From positions 98-64,097 of the forward strand of contig JBAZEY010000001.1 of assembly GCA_041653675.1 (NCBI GenBank): a DNA stretch of 64,000 nt, written 5' to 3'. The translations under genes and the position numbers were made by a program. Shown piece after piece: positions 18,762 to 28,243 of this stretch (position 1 is its first letter; the number at the start of each line of letters is the position of its first letter). This DNA is from Patescibacteria group bacterium. GTDB lineage: Bacteria > Patescibacteriota > Patescibacteriia > XYB2-FULL-38-15. Below the pieces are notes generated by a model, which did no database searches, was not told where the DNA came from, and saw only the letters and a program-made list of their open reading frames with translations.

Positions 18762-19427
18762 ATGAAAACAATCGCGGTAATTCCCGCTTACAACGAAGAA
18801 AGGACCATCGCCGACGTCGTAATAGAAGTACAAAAATATGTCACGGAAGTTGTGGTGGTTGACGACGGTTCGGCTGATCATACAATGGAGCACGCTAGAA
18901 GAGCGGGCGCGATTGTTTATTCTCATTTTTTAAACCGCGGCCAGGGCGCGGCTCTTGAAACCGGTAAAAGAATCGCACTTTTGCGCCAGGCAGATGTGAT
19001 TGTGACTTATGACGCGGACGGACAATTTGTCGCCGAGGAAATTATAAACGTTGTCCGGCCGGTTATGGAAGGACGAGCAGATGTTGTTTTGGGAGCTCGT
19101 TTTGGAAAATCAAATATTCCTCCAGTTAAAAAATTTTTTCTGAAAGGTGCCACAATTTTTACCCGGCTTACTTCGGGATTGAACTTATCCGATACCCACA
19201 ACGGCTTTAGGGCGTTTTCCCGCGAGGCGGCGGAAAAAATTACGATTGAACAAAATCGCATGGCTCACGCTTCGGAAATTTTGGAAAAAATCGGCCGGCA
19301 GAGTTTGCGTTATGAAGAGGTTCCCGTAACGGTAAAATATTTTTCGCCTCAAATGCGCCGCGGCCAACGTTTGCCTGATTATTTAAAAATTTTGTTTGAT
19401 TTATTTTTAGGAAAAAATATAAAGTAA
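18762..19427 (+). CDS. Family 2 glycosyltransferase (polyprenyl-phosphate sugar transferase-like, short form)
   Basis: AVIPAYNEERTIADVV...VVVDDGSADHT signature of GT2. Confidence 0.7.
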   Translation: MKTIAVIPAYNEERTIADVVIEVQKYVTEVVVVDDGSADHTMEHARRAGAIVYSHFLNRGQGAALETGKRIALLRQADVIVTYDADGQFVAEEIINVVRPVMEGRADVVLGARFGKSNIPPVKKFFLKGATIFTRLTSGLNLSDTHNGFRAFSREAAEKITIEQNRMAHASEILEKIGRQSLRYEEVPVTVKYFSPQMRRGQRLPDYLKILFDLFLGKNIK

Positions 19428-19434
19428 CTTTTGT

Positions 19435-19806
19435 ATGCTTATTCAGTATCTTTTAAGTTTCTTAATTTTACTCATCATCTACCGCGTGGTAATAAAGTGG
19501 CGGCAGGGGATTTTAACATCAAGAGATTCCGTTTTTTGGATTGGTTTTTGGTTTGTAGTGGGAATAATAATTTTGTTGCCGGATACGACGAGTTATTTGG
19601 CAGAGCTTGTCGGCGTGGGGCGCGGTGCTGATCTTATTGTTTACCTTTCTATTGTTTTGATTTTTTACATTATTTTTCAGATGACAATTAAAATAGAAAA
19701 AATTGAAAGAAATATTACAAAAGTCGTCAGAACAGTGGCTATGAAAGACGAGGCGGAAAACAATGGGCAGCAGACAAAAAATGAAAAAACACAGATCGTG
19801 AGTTAA
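19435..19806 (+). CDS. Small membrane protein, DUF2304-like, a typical partner of GT2 enzymes
   Basis: Three TM helices, conserved pattern YRVVIKWRQG...SVFWIGFW, adjacent to GT2. Confidence 0.5.
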   Translation: MLIQYLLSFLILLIIYRVVIKWRQGILTSRDSVFWIGFWFVVGIIILLPDTTSYLAELVGVGRGADLIVYLSIVLIFYIIFQMTIKIEKIERNITKVVRTVAMKDEAENNGQQTKNEKTQIVS

Positions 19807-19809
19807 TTT

Positions 19810-20868
19810 ATGCCAAAAGTTGCTGTAATTTTAATAAATTATAAAGACTACGCGAAAAGATATTTGCCGGAATGCATCGCGAGTCTCCGAATTCAAAGCT
19901 ATCCCAAGGATAGCTTTAAGATTTTTATAGTTGATAATGCGACATCGGCCGAGACGGCGGAGTATCTCCGGGCTACGGCGCCGGAAGCGGAAATTATTTT
20001 GGAAGAAAAAAATACAGGTTTTGCTTTGGGAAATAATTTGGCAATGGAACGGGCTCTCGCAGCGAACTATGATTACGTCGTGCTTTTTAATATGGATACG
20101 ATTGCCGAACCGCAGTGGCTTTCCGAGTTGGTGGTCGCGGCAGAGGCGGATAAAAATATTGGCGCGGTACAGTCTTTAATTCGGCTTCATCCGGAAACTG
20201 ATAAAATAAATTCGCTTGGCAACCAATTACATTTTATTGGTTTTGGTTTTTGCGAAGGATATGGAGAAAAAATTTCTGATTTAAAATCGCCGATTCAACG
20301 GCCATTTTTTTATGCTTCTGGCGCGGCCGTTCTTTATCCAGCGAAAGTTTTGCGCGAGGTTGGAATTTTTGATCCGGAATTTTTTATGTACCAAGAAGAC
20401 ACAGATTTATCTTGGCGCATCCTGCAGGCCGGCTATAAAATAGTTCTCGCGGAAAAGTCGGTAATGTTTCATAAATATCAATTTTCCCGGAGTGTTTTGC
20501 AGTTTTATTATATGGAGAGAAACCGGATGATTATGATGTTTGAAAATTATCGGTTGGGCACGTTGATTTTAATTTTTTTGCCGTTTATATTTATGGAATT
20601 GGGCATGCTTCCATACACAGCGCTTAGAGGACTTTTGAGTGCAAAATTAAAAGTTTACGGATATTTTTTTCATTTTAAAAATTGGCGGAGGATGATTAAA
20701 AATAAAAAGGCCAAGGCGAAATTGAGAAAAATATCGGACAGAAAATTGGCGAAATTAATCGTCGGAAAATTGGAATTTCAGGAGATTGCTAACCCGACTT
20801 TAAAATATATTGTTAATCCAGTTTTTAATCTCTATTGGCGCGTCGTCCGAAATTTAATTTTTTGGTAA
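19810..20868 (+). CDS. Family 2 glycosyltransferase
   Basis: VAVILINYKDY...FKIFIVDNATS (GT2 N-terminal fold), DxD-containing. Confidence 0.7.
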   Translation: MPKVAVILINYKDYAKRYLPECIASLRIQSYPKDSFKIFIVDNATSAETAEYLRATAPEAEIILEEKNTGFALGNNLAMERALAANYDYVVLFNMDTIAEPQWLSELVVAAEADKNIGAVQSLIRLHPETDKINSLGNQLHFIGFGFCEGYGEKISDLKSPIQRPFFYASGAAVLYPAKVLREVGIFDPEFFMYQEDTDLSWRILQAGYKIVLAEKSVMFHKYQFSRSVLQFYYMERNRMIMMFENYRLGTLILIFLPFIFMELGMLPYTALRGLLSAKLKVYGYFFHFKNWRRMIKNKKAKAKLRKISDRKLAKLIVGKLEFQEIANPTLKYIVNPVFNLYWRVVRNLIFW

Positions 20869-20871
20869 ATT

Positions 20872-21990
20872 ATGAAGATAGCAATTGTTTCTCCGGTTTT
20901 TCCGCCATATCGCGGAGGGATTGGAACGGCGGCGTATACCGAAGCGTTGGATTTGGCGCGTCGTGGCCACGAGGTTTCCGTTTTTGTGCCCCGCAGGAGA
21001 GGAGGCCAGGGCCATGAATTAAAAGAAAAATTTAAACTTTTTCGTCTCGGGCCATTTTTAAGATATGGCAACGCCGCTTTTTTGCCGCAGCTTCGATGGA
21101 AGTTAAAAAATTTTGATGTCGTTCATCTGCATTATCCATTTTTTGGCGGGGCAGAAGCGATATATAAAAAAATAAAATCAAAATTTATAATTACGTATCA
21201 TCACGATGTTATCGGGAGTGGGTGGCTTGGGAAAATATTTCGCTGGCACACGAAGAATTTAATGCCAAAAATTTTAGCCAAGGCGGATAAAATTATTGTT
21301 TCCTCACTGGATTACGCGAAAAATTCCAATGTCAAAGATATTTTAGAGAAGAGTCCAGAGAAATTTTTTGAAGTTCCTTTTGGTGTGGATGCGGAAAAAT
21401 TCGCGCCGGCCGAACCGAGTGTGGATCTTATAAAAAAATTTGGTCCTTTTCTCGGCAGGACGATTTTATTTGTCGGGGGATTGGACCGAGCGCATTATTT
21501 CAAAGGATTAGAAGTTTTGATTAAAGCAAGGGCGGAGGTAACGAACGCTAAAATTTTGGTGGTGGGCGACGGTGATCTTCGGCCACATTATGAAAAAATG
21601 GTGGAAGAATTAAATTTGAAAGATCAAATAATTTTTGTTGGATCAGTTGCGGCGGAGAATTTATCTGATTATTATAATTTGGCCGATGTTGTTGTTTTGC
21701 CTTCGCTCGACCAGTCTGAAGCGTTTGGCATAGTTTTAATTGAAGCAATGGCTTGCGGTAAGCCGATAATTGCTTCAAATCTTCCGGGTGTTCGAAGTGT
21801 AGTTCAGTACGGCGTGAATGGTTTTACTTTTCCGCCAGGGAATGCTAAAGAGTTGGCGACAAAATTAAATTATTTTTTAGATAATCCCGCTTCGGCAAAA
21901 GATTTTGGCAAGCATGGTAGAGAAATAGTTTTGGAAAAATATGATTTAAAAAAAGTGGGGGAGAAATTAGAAAAAATATTTTTAGAATAA
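20872..21990 (+). CDS. Family 4 glycosyltransferase (GT-B)
   Basis: C-terminal EAFGIVLIEAMACGKPIIASNLPGV motif. Confidence 0.75.
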   Translation: MKIAIVSPVFPPYRGGIGTAAYTEALDLARRGHEVSVFVPRRRGGQGHELKEKFKLFRLGPFLRYGNAAFLPQLRWKLKNFDVVHLHYPFFGGAEAIYKKIKSKFIITYHHDVIGSGWLGKIFRWHTKNLMPKILAKADKIIVSSLDYAKNSNVKDILEKSPEKFFEVPFGVDAEKFAPAEPSVDLIKKFGPFLGRTILFVGGLDRAHYFKGLEVLIKARAEVTNAKILVVGDGDLRPHYEKMVEELNLKDQIIFVGSVAAENLSDYYNLADVVVLPSLDQSEAFGIVLIEAMACGKPIIASNLPGVRSVVQYGVNGFTFPPGNAKELATKLNYFLDNPASAKDFGKHGREIVLEKYDLKKVGEKLEKIFLE

Positions 21991-21991
21991 A

Positions 21992-23215
21992 ATGAAAATT
22001 TGTCTCATCTCCAATTTGTATCCGCCGATTTCCCGCGGTGGAGCGGAAAGGGTGGCCGAACGCGTGGCGCGGGGTTTAGTCGCCTCTGGCCCCCACACCA
22101 AAAATTTTGGCGAGGGGGTAAACCACGAGGTTTTTGTTATTTCTACAAAACCGTGGGACGGGTGGAAAAGTTTTAAGGCCGCCGTGGCAGAAGAGAACGG
22201 AATAAAAGTTTATCGGTTTTATCCGGCGAATGTTTTTTATTATTTAAACGATTATAAGCAAGGGGTTTTTTCACGAATGATCTGGCACTTTTTTGATATG
22301 TTTAATTGTCAGAGTGCGAGGGCAGTGAAAAAGATTTTGCGCGCCGAAAAACCAGATTTAGTTTTGACGCATAATTTGATGGGAATCGGATTTTTAATTC
22401 CCCGCGCGATAAAAAAATTAAAAATAAAACATATTCACACTTTGCACGACGTGCAGCTTTCCGTGCCGAGCGGTTTGATTTTAAAAGGGCGAGAAAATAA
22501 TTGGGAGCAGCGGACATGGCTTCGTAAACTCTATGAAGCAGCGTGCAGACGCCTTTTTGCTTCGTCCGACGTCGTCGTTTCGCCGTCAAAATGGCTTTTG
22601 GATTTTTATGCGCAAAAAGGATTTTTTAAAAAATCAAAAAAAGAAGTTTTGCCAAATCCGGTGGAGCGGATTTATCCGGCCGGGATTCCGATGGACAATA
22701 GCATTTTAAAACTTCTTTACCTTGGGCAAATTGAAGAGCATAAAGGAATTTTGTTTTTAGTGAAAGTTTTAAAAAATTTAGACATCAATTTTAAACTCCA
22801 CATCGCTGGCGATGGATCAGAAATGGAAGAGCTAAAAAAAATGGTTGATGGAGATAATCGATTTGTGATCCATGGAAAATTGGTTGGTGAAGAGGCAGTC
22901 AAGATTTTTAATTTAGTTGATTTGACGGTTGTTCCTTCGCTCTGTTATGAAAATTCACCGAGCGTGATTTACGAAAGTTTAGCCGCCGGCGTGCCGGTTT
23001 TGGCCGCGAAAATTGGAGGAGTGGCAGAACTTGTCCATGATAACGAAAATGGTTTCACTTTTGAGGCGGGGAACGCCGAAGATTTGGCGCGCGCCCTGAA
23101 ACAAGCTGCCGCCAACCGTGAAAGTTTACAAAAAATGCGGCCAGCTGCCGCAAGGTCAGTGGAGGATTTTAAGATTGAAAAATACATCAGCCGTTTGTTA
23201 GAAATTATTAAGTAG
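21992..23215 (+). CDS. Family 4 glycosyltransferase (GT-B)
   Basis: ENSPSVIYESLAAGVPVLAAKIGGVAELV motif; start overlaps the upstream stop (TAAAATG). Confidence 0.7.
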   Translation: MKICLISNLYPPISRGGAERVAERVARGLVASGPHTKNFGEGVNHEVFVISTKPWDGWKSFKAAVAEENGIKVYRFYPANVFYYLNDYKQGVFSRMIWHFFDMFNCQSARAVKKILRAEKPDLVLTHNLMGIGFLIPRAIKKLKIKHIHTLHDVQLSVPSGLILKGRENNWEQRTWLRKLYEAACRRLFASSDVVVSPSKWLLDFYAQKGFFKKSKKEVLPNPVERIYPAGIPMDNSILKLLYLGQIEEHKGILFLVKVLKNLDINFKLHIAGDGSEMEELKKMVDGDNRFVIHGKLVGEEAVKIFNLVDLTVVPSLCYENSPSVIYESLAAGVPVLAAKIGGVAELVHDNENGFTFEAGNAEDLARALKQAAANRESLQKMRPAAARSVEDFKIEKYISRLLEIIK

Positions 23216-23219
23216 CATT

Positions 23220-23708
23220 ATGAGTTACTATATTATAATTCGCGGTCCTTTGGGGTGTGGAAAATCTACAATCGCTAGAAAAATATCAGAAAAATTAAAT
23301 GCAGAATATTTTGAGATTGATAAAATTCTTGATGAGAATAATTTAACAGAGGATAAAGAAGATGGATATATTTCGCAGAAAAGTTTTACTAAAGCTAACG
23401 AAATTATCGCCCCAAAAGCTAAAAATTTTTTAGAAAAAGATATTTCAGTAATTTTTGACGGAAACTTTTACTGGAAGTCTCAGATAGACGATTTAATAAA
23501 ACGATTAAAATTTTCGCATTACGTTTTTACGCTTAAAGCGCCGCTCAAGGTTTGTATAGAACGAGACCAGAGCAGAGAAAAAACACACGGCAAAGACGCA
23601 GTGAAAGCGGTTTATAAGAAATCGACAGAATTTGATTATGGGATTATTATTGATATAACTAAAACGGCGGATAAAGTTGTCGAAGAAATTGTTTCCCATT
23701 TATTTTAA
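23220..23708 (+). CDS. P-loop NTPase / predicted kinase (AAA_33-like)
   Basis: Walker A GPLGCGKST near the N-terminus; small 162-aa nucleotide-kinase-like fold. Confidence 0.55.
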   Translation: MSYYIIIRGPLGCGKSTIARKISEKLNAEYFEIDKILDENNLTEDKEDGYISQKSFTKANEIIAPKAKNFLEKDISVIFDGNFYWKSQIDDLIKRLKFSHYVFTLKAPLKVCIERDQSREKTHGKDAVKAVYKKSTEFDYGIIIDITKTADKVVEEIVSHLF

Positions 23709-23717
23709 ATAAAAAAA

Positions 23718-23768
23718 GCCACCATTGAGTTGGTGGCGGGCGGCCGTCGGAGTTTCCGGCGGTTTTTG
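23718..23768. terminator. Convergent terminator region: hairpin gccacc-attgagt-tggtggc, then hairpin ccgucgg-aguuu-ccggcgg + T-run
   Basis: The second hairpin, the 24-mer ccgtcggagtttccggcggttttt at 23744-23767, is repeated exactly at 24437-24460. Confidence 0.6.
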
Positions 23769-23778
23769 TTTTCGGGTG

Positions 23779-24060
23779 TTAGTCCTCCACGATGTCAGGC
23801 ATCAGAAGACATGGGTAATGGCCAGGATAGCGTCGGATTTTCCCCCAGCCGGCATTGAGATGAACCGTCACCTCAGAGAAATCATTCTTAACCACGGTAG
23901 CTTTTGCGGTCATGTTGATCAGGCCGCCAAACCAGCAGAAAAGCACAACAGTCACTTGTTGGCCGATAAGTGCCGTACTCAGGGTGGTGATGTGGTCGCA
24001 GCTTTCCTCCCTTCGGTCAGCCAGAATTTTCTCCATTTGGGCTCTCTTTTTGGGCGTCAT
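23779..24060 (-). CDS. Small protein of unknown function, paralog B (93 aa), GC-rich, C-terminus YPCLLMPDIVED
   Basis: ATG at 24060 is preceded by AAAAGGAGG-acag. The protein shares about 30% identity with the adjacent paralog, including M.KIL at the N-terminus, AKATV, and C.LMP..VED at the C-terminus. GC is about 55% versus about 38% in the flanks. Confidence 0.6.
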   Translation of the reverse strand: MTPKKRAQMEKILADRREESCDHITTLSTALIGQQVTVVLFCWFGGLINMTAKATVVKNDFSEVTVHLNAGWGKIRRYPGHYPCLLMPDIVED

Positions 24061-24080
24061 CTGTCCTCCTTTTCGAGCCG

Positions 24081-24371
24081 TCAATCCTCCACAGTCGGCA
24101 TCAGGAAGCATGGGCAATCCAGAGCAAAGCGGCGCGGGTTCGCGGGTTCCTTGAAGAGGCGAAGTAGGATGCCGTCCTCGGGCCGAGACAAGTCGCGCTC
24201 GATTACCGTGGCTTGGGCTGCCTTGAAACGGCGCGGATCCCACCAGGGCGTGGTAATGGCGATAGTCACAAGTCCACCAGGAGGAACAACTCCGAGATCG
24301 GTCAGCCAGTCGCCCTCTTCCATGTGTCTTGTGAGGAGGACGTTCATTTCGTCTTTCAGAATTTTGATCAT
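24081..24371 (-). CDS. Small protein of unknown function, paralog A (96 aa), C-terminus CPCFLMPTVED
   Basis: ATG at 24371 is preceded by AAGGAGG-ggttg. The 97-aa ORF-track start at 24374 is a TTG one codon upstream. Tandem with paralog B; GC-rich. Confidence 0.6.
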   Translation of the reverse strand: MIKILKDEMNVLLTRHMEEGDWLTDLGVVPPGGLVTIAITTPWWDPRRFKAAQATVIERDLSRPEDGILLRLFKEPANPRRFALDCPCFLMPTVED

Positions 24372-24398
24372 CAACCCCTCCTTGTTTGGTGACCTATT

Positions 24399-24427
24399 AT
24401 TTAATCATTGATTTCGTTTTTTGTCAA
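24399..24427 (-). promoter_or_regulatory. Candidate sigma70-type promoter for the two small paralogs (-35 TTGACA, 17-nt spacer, -10 TTAAAT)
   Basis: Minus-strand ttgacaaaaaacgaaatcaatgattaaat, about 25 nt upstream of the SD. Confidence 0.4.
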
Positions 24428-24436
24428 TAAGAAAAA

Positions 24437-24460
24437 CCGTCGGAGTTTCCGGCGGTTTTT
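24437..24460. terminator. Bidirectional terminator hairpin (ccgtcggagtttccggcggttttt); exact second copy of the 24-mer at 23744
   Basis: A-run before and T-run after. It terminates the minus-strand membrane-protein gene ending at 24471 and bounds the GC-rich islet. Confidence 0.6.
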
Positions 24461-24470
24461 TTAATTTTAT

Positions 24471-26603
24471 CTAAAATTGATATTTAAAAATCCAAATTTT
24501 TCCGTTGCCAATTTCCATAACTTCGTCGGCGGTTGGCTTGGCGGTTTCAAGAATTTTATCGGAGTCGGTCCAGTATTTATTTAAGACAAAATAGACAAGT
24601 TTTACGCCAGTTAAGTTTGCCGCTTCTTTGACCGTGGCCCGCGACGGCGTTTGATAAACCATTTTTAAATAATATTGATAAAGCGGATCGCCGGTTGGGA
24701 TTGGATAATAAAAATATGGCCCAAAATATTTGTTAAATCCGAATTCTTTTATTGCCGCGGCGGAAACGCTTTGATTTGCCAAGACAACATAATCCGCACC
24801 GGCGGCGTCGGCATCAATCGCATGGACAGTGTTTAAATCAAAAAGAGAAACAGAATAGCCGCGGTCAATTTGATAATCTTCGCCGTCGTCTTTAGGATAA
24901 GAATAATAAAGAGAAAAAGTCAGAAAAGCGGCAAAAATTAAAATGAAAAATAATTTTAGTCCGCGGCTCTTGCCCCCCATTAATTTTTCAAAGAATTTAA
25001 AAAGAGCGAAAAGAAAGAGGGGAATCAGAAAATAAAAACTGATTTCTAGAATGCGGCTAGGATAAACTCCTTGTTCATATTTGATGAGTGAAGGAAAATC
25101 AACAAAAAGTTTTAACAAAATATAATTGGTAATCAGGGCGAAGAAAGCGGTCGGGTACACTAAAATTGAGGGTAGATTTTTTTTCAATAAAAAATAACCG
25201 GAGAAGCCGACGATTAAAAGAAGAAAAGAAATATTTTGTCCGTAGACGTAGGCCAAGTCGTAGAGCGGCCTGAAATGATTTACCCAAAGGGGCAGAGACC
25301 AGCCGAGAGCTCCCCAAAAATTTCCCGCAGCTTCGATGGTTTTTAGAGAAAAAATTGAAGCTGGTCCTTCAAAAAACAAGAATGCTGCCAGAAAAACTAA
25401 AGGAATGGCCACGGCAGCAAGAACCACGCTCATAATAAAAACAACATGACGGACGAATTCAAAAATGCCCTGCTGTTTTTTGAAAAAAGTAAAAACGGTG
25501 AGAAGAAGGAGAAAAACGAGAGCGGGAATGCCGGCTAGAGGATGAATTAAAAGCGCGGTAAAGCCCAAAAACCAAAGAGCGGTCAGGGGAAGTTCGCGGC
25601 GTAGGGCGAGAATGCCAAAAAAAACAATAATAAGGAGGAAGAAGTTGGCGAGCCCTTGCGGCGTCGTGACGATGAAAGCCGTGAAGGGTAAAAGAAAAAC
25701 AAGAAGAGCAGCGAGGCTCGCGCCGGGAGTTTTGTTTCTGTCGGTATAAGAGTGAATAGAAAAATAAATTGTAGCTGGAAGAATTGTAGAAATCAAAGTC
25801 GGTAAAAGCAGGCGGTCTACCCAAATAACCGAAGTGTGGAAAATTTTTGCCAAAAAAACGACAAGTGAATATTGGCCGAGATAATAAAAAGGTTTTGGCA
25901 AAATAAAACCTTGGGCTAAAATAATTTTTTCCGTGGCTTGGTGGATAAAAGGATCAAAGCCATAACCGATGCGGTAAACAAAAAGCGCGAGGGCTACCGT
26001 TAAAAATGTGTGCACGGAAATTAAAATCAGGTTTAACCCCTCTTTTTGGCTTTTCAAAACAAAATAAAGCAGGGCCAAAGTTGCCGTAAAATAGTTTATG
26101 AAAAAATCAAAAGGCAGAATTTTCCAGGGAGTACGGATGGCTTCAACTGTCCCGGCAGCCAAGAGATGGCGGATGTTCAAGATCGTTAAAAAAATAAACG
26201 CCGCCAAAAGGAGCGTCGTGCGTAAAATATGAGGATTGATTTGGAGGGGGTTAAAATGTTTTTCCGATTCAGGATGATTGCCAAAACGTAAAAAGGGGAG
26301 CAGGGCGATTGGCGGCAGAAGTACGAGTGAGGCGAGCGCTAAAGTATTTAATTTATAAAAAAAGTAAATCAAGGCGCCAAAAAGAGAAATTCCAGCCAAA
26401 AGAAAAAGAAATCCGTAGAGAAATTTGAAAAGATCTGGCCGGCCACGGAAGAGAATGGAACCCAGTAAAAATCCGTAAAAAATCAAGTACGCCGGGCCGA
26501 AAGTTAGGCCTAAAAGCGGGCTTTCCCAAAGGAAAAAATTGCCGAGCAAGCCGACTATTAAAATCAAAGAAATGATGATACAATAAGGTAATCTGAGGGT
26601 CAT
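24471..26603 (-). CDS. Large polytopic membrane protein (about 14 TM helices plus a C-terminal soluble domain); putative GT-C-type glycosyltransferase (YfhO/ArnT/PMT-like)
   Basis: Hydrophobicity pattern across the first ~480 aa, location in the glycosylation gene cluster. Family assignment is tentative. Confidence 0.5.
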   Translation of the reverse strand: MTLRLPYCIIISLILIVGLLGNFFLWESPLLGLTFGPAYLIFYGFLLGSILFRGRPDLFKFLYGFLFLLAGISLFGALIYFFYKLNTLALASLVLLPPIALLPFLRFGNHPESEKHFNPLQINPHILRTTLLLAAFIFLTILNIRHLLAAGTVEAIRTPWKILPFDFFINYFTATLALLYFVLKSQKEGLNLILISVHTFLTVALALFVYRIGYGFDPFIHQATEKIILAQGFILPKPFYYLGQYSLVVFLAKIFHTSVIWVDRLLLPTLISTILPATIYFSIHSYTDRNKTPGASLAALLVFLLPFTAFIVTTPQGLANFFLLIIVFFGILALRRELPLTALWFLGFTALLIHPLAGIPALVFLLLLTVFTFFKKQQGIFEFVRHVVFIMSVVLAAVAIPLVFLAAFLFFEGPASIFSLKTIEAAGNFWGALGWSLPLWVNHFRPLYDLAYVYGQNISFLLLIVGFSGYFLLKKNLPSILVYPTAFFALITNYILLKLFVDFPSLIKYEQGVYPSRILEISFYFLIPLFLFALFKFFEKLMGGKSRGLKLFFILIFAAFLTFSLYYSYPKDDGEDYQIDRGYSVSLFDLNTVHAIDADAAGADYVVLANQSVSAAAIKEFGFNKYFGPYFYYPIPTGDPLYQYYLKMVYQTPSRATVKEAANLTGVKLVYFVLNKYWTDSDKILETAKPTADEVMEIGNGKIWIFKYQF

Positions 26604-26612
26604 AATTGATAT

Positions 26613-28241
26613 ATGTATTCTATCACAAAATGGATAAAGGAAAATAGGGCTTTGGCGGCGTTGATTTTTTTGGGCGCTATTTTTTTCTTTATTTATTCTT
26701 GGTTTTATTTGGGGACCGCGGCCAAGACGGAGAAATTTAATTCTCCGGACGAGGCGGCTAATTATTTTTTCATAAAAAATTACGTCGCGGAGGGAACGCT
26801 TAAAGTTTTTGAACCGTTGAATCTTTCAACTGGAGGAATAGTTCATCCGCGAAGTATTACGACAATGGGCGGATATCTCGTGCCCGGGAGTTTTTTAGGA
26901 TTGATTTTGATTTATGGATGGCTCGCGAAGATTTTTACACTGGGCGTAATTTGGTGGCTCACCCCGCTTTTCGCCCTTACGGCAGTTTTGTCTCTCTATG
27001 GAATTATAAAAAATATTTTTGACAGGAGAATCGCTCTTTGGTCCGCGTTTCTGCTTTTAATCCATCCGGCTTTTTGGTATTACGCGAGTCGCGGATTTTT
27101 CCCGAATATTTTATTTGTCTCGCTCTTGCTCGCGGGATTTTATTTTTTGGTTGGGCGCGGAAAGCCAAAAACAGCGACCTTGAGTTATCTTAATTTTGTT
27201 TTTGCTGGTTTATTTTTTGGTTTAGCCTTAACTGTTCGGCTGTCAGAAATAATTTGGGTCGGCGCGGCGCTCTTTTTATTATTTTTAATTTATAGAAAAA
27301 ATTTAAAATGGCCTGAAGTGATTGTCTTTTTACTTCCCGCGGGGCTGGCTTTCATTCCAATTATTTTTTACAATCAGACAATCTATGGCGAGCCGCTCAC
27401 AACAGCTTATAATTTAGGAGAGGGGAGCGCGGCGATTTCTGGAGTGGGGTGGCTTACGTCGGCCGCGAAATTTATTTTTCCTTTTGGCCTCCAGGTTAAA
27501 AATGTTTTGAAAAATTTCTCCACGTATTTTGCCGGAATGTTTTGGTGGTTTGCCCTTCCCGCAGCTTTTGGCGCGGTAGTTTTTATCAGAAGATTAATCG
27601 CCGGAAAGTTAGATAAAAAAATTATAACATACTTGTCTCTTGGCGGACTTATTTCTTTATTTTTATTTTTATATTATGGCAGCTGGTTTTTCTACGATAA
27701 CCCGGCTAAAGAAGCATCAATTGGCACTTCTTATGTACGCTATTGGCTACCGATTTATATTTTGTCATTGCCGCTAGTCGCGTTTACTCTCATAAAGTTA
27801 GTCGATTTTATCCGTCCCTTAAAACAAAAAATTTTTGCCGCCGTACTTTGTTTAATTTTCATTCTTTTCGGCGTGAGACTTACTTTTTTGGATAAAAACG
27901 ACGGCTTGGCATATGTTTATAAAAATGTGCACGACTATGCCGCAATCGCCGCAACAATAAATTCACTCATTCCGTCTGATGCAGTAATCATTGTTGATCG
28001 CGCCGACAAAATATTTTTTCCCGAACATCGGGTAATTGTGCCTCTTCGCGAAGTGAGCACTTACGCCGCGATCCCCGAACTTATGAAAAGTTTGCCGGTT
28101 TATTATTATGGCCTGCCCCTCACCGAGAAAGAAATGAATTATCTTTATGACGGCAGAATCAGTCGCGAAGAAATAGAAATAATTGAAATAAAAAATTTTG
28201 GTGCGGAAACACTTTATAAATTTACTGAAGCCCAAAAATAG
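26613..28241 (+). CDS. GT-C fold glycosyltransferase (GT39/ArnT/PMT-like polyprenyl-phosphate-sugar-dependent transferase)
   Basis: N-terminal TM helix then SPDEAANYFF (the DE motif in the first periplasmic loop typical of GT-C), followed by about 11 TM helices. Confidence 0.55.
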   Translation: MYSITKWIKENRALAALIFLGAIFFFIYSWFYLGTAAKTEKFNSPDEAANYFFIKNYVAEGTLKVFEPLNLSTGGIVHPRSITTMGGYLVPGSFLGLILIYGWLAKIFTLGVIWWLTPLFALTAVLSLYGIIKNIFDRRIALWSAFLLLIHPAFWYYASRGFFPNILFVSLLLAGFYFLVGRGKPKTATLSYLNFVFAGLFFGLALTVRLSEIIWVGAALFLLFLIYRKNLKWPEVIVFLLPAGLAFIPIIFYNQTIYGEPLTTAYNLGEGSAAISGVGWLTSAAKFIFPFGLQVKNVLKNFSTYFAGMFWWFALPAAFGAVVFIRRLIAGKLDKKIITYLSLGGLISLFLFLYYGSWFFYDNPAKEASIGTSYVRYWLPIYILSLPLVAFTLIKLVDFIRPLKQKIFAAVLCLIFILFGVRLTFLDKNDGLAYVYKNVHDYAAIAATINSLIPSDAVIIVDRADKIFFPEHRVIVPLREVSTYAAIPELMKSLPVYYYGLPLTEKEMNYLYDGRISREEIEIIEIKNFGAETLYKFTEAQK

Positions 28242-28243
28242 CA

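Noticed and set aside
23725-24411. 228-aa plus-strand ORF spanning GC-rich islet 1 (also 23912-24154)
   Set aside because: Arg/Ser/Gly-rich low-complexity translation typical of the antisense frame of GC-rich coding DNA. The minus-strand paralog pair with SDs explains the region.
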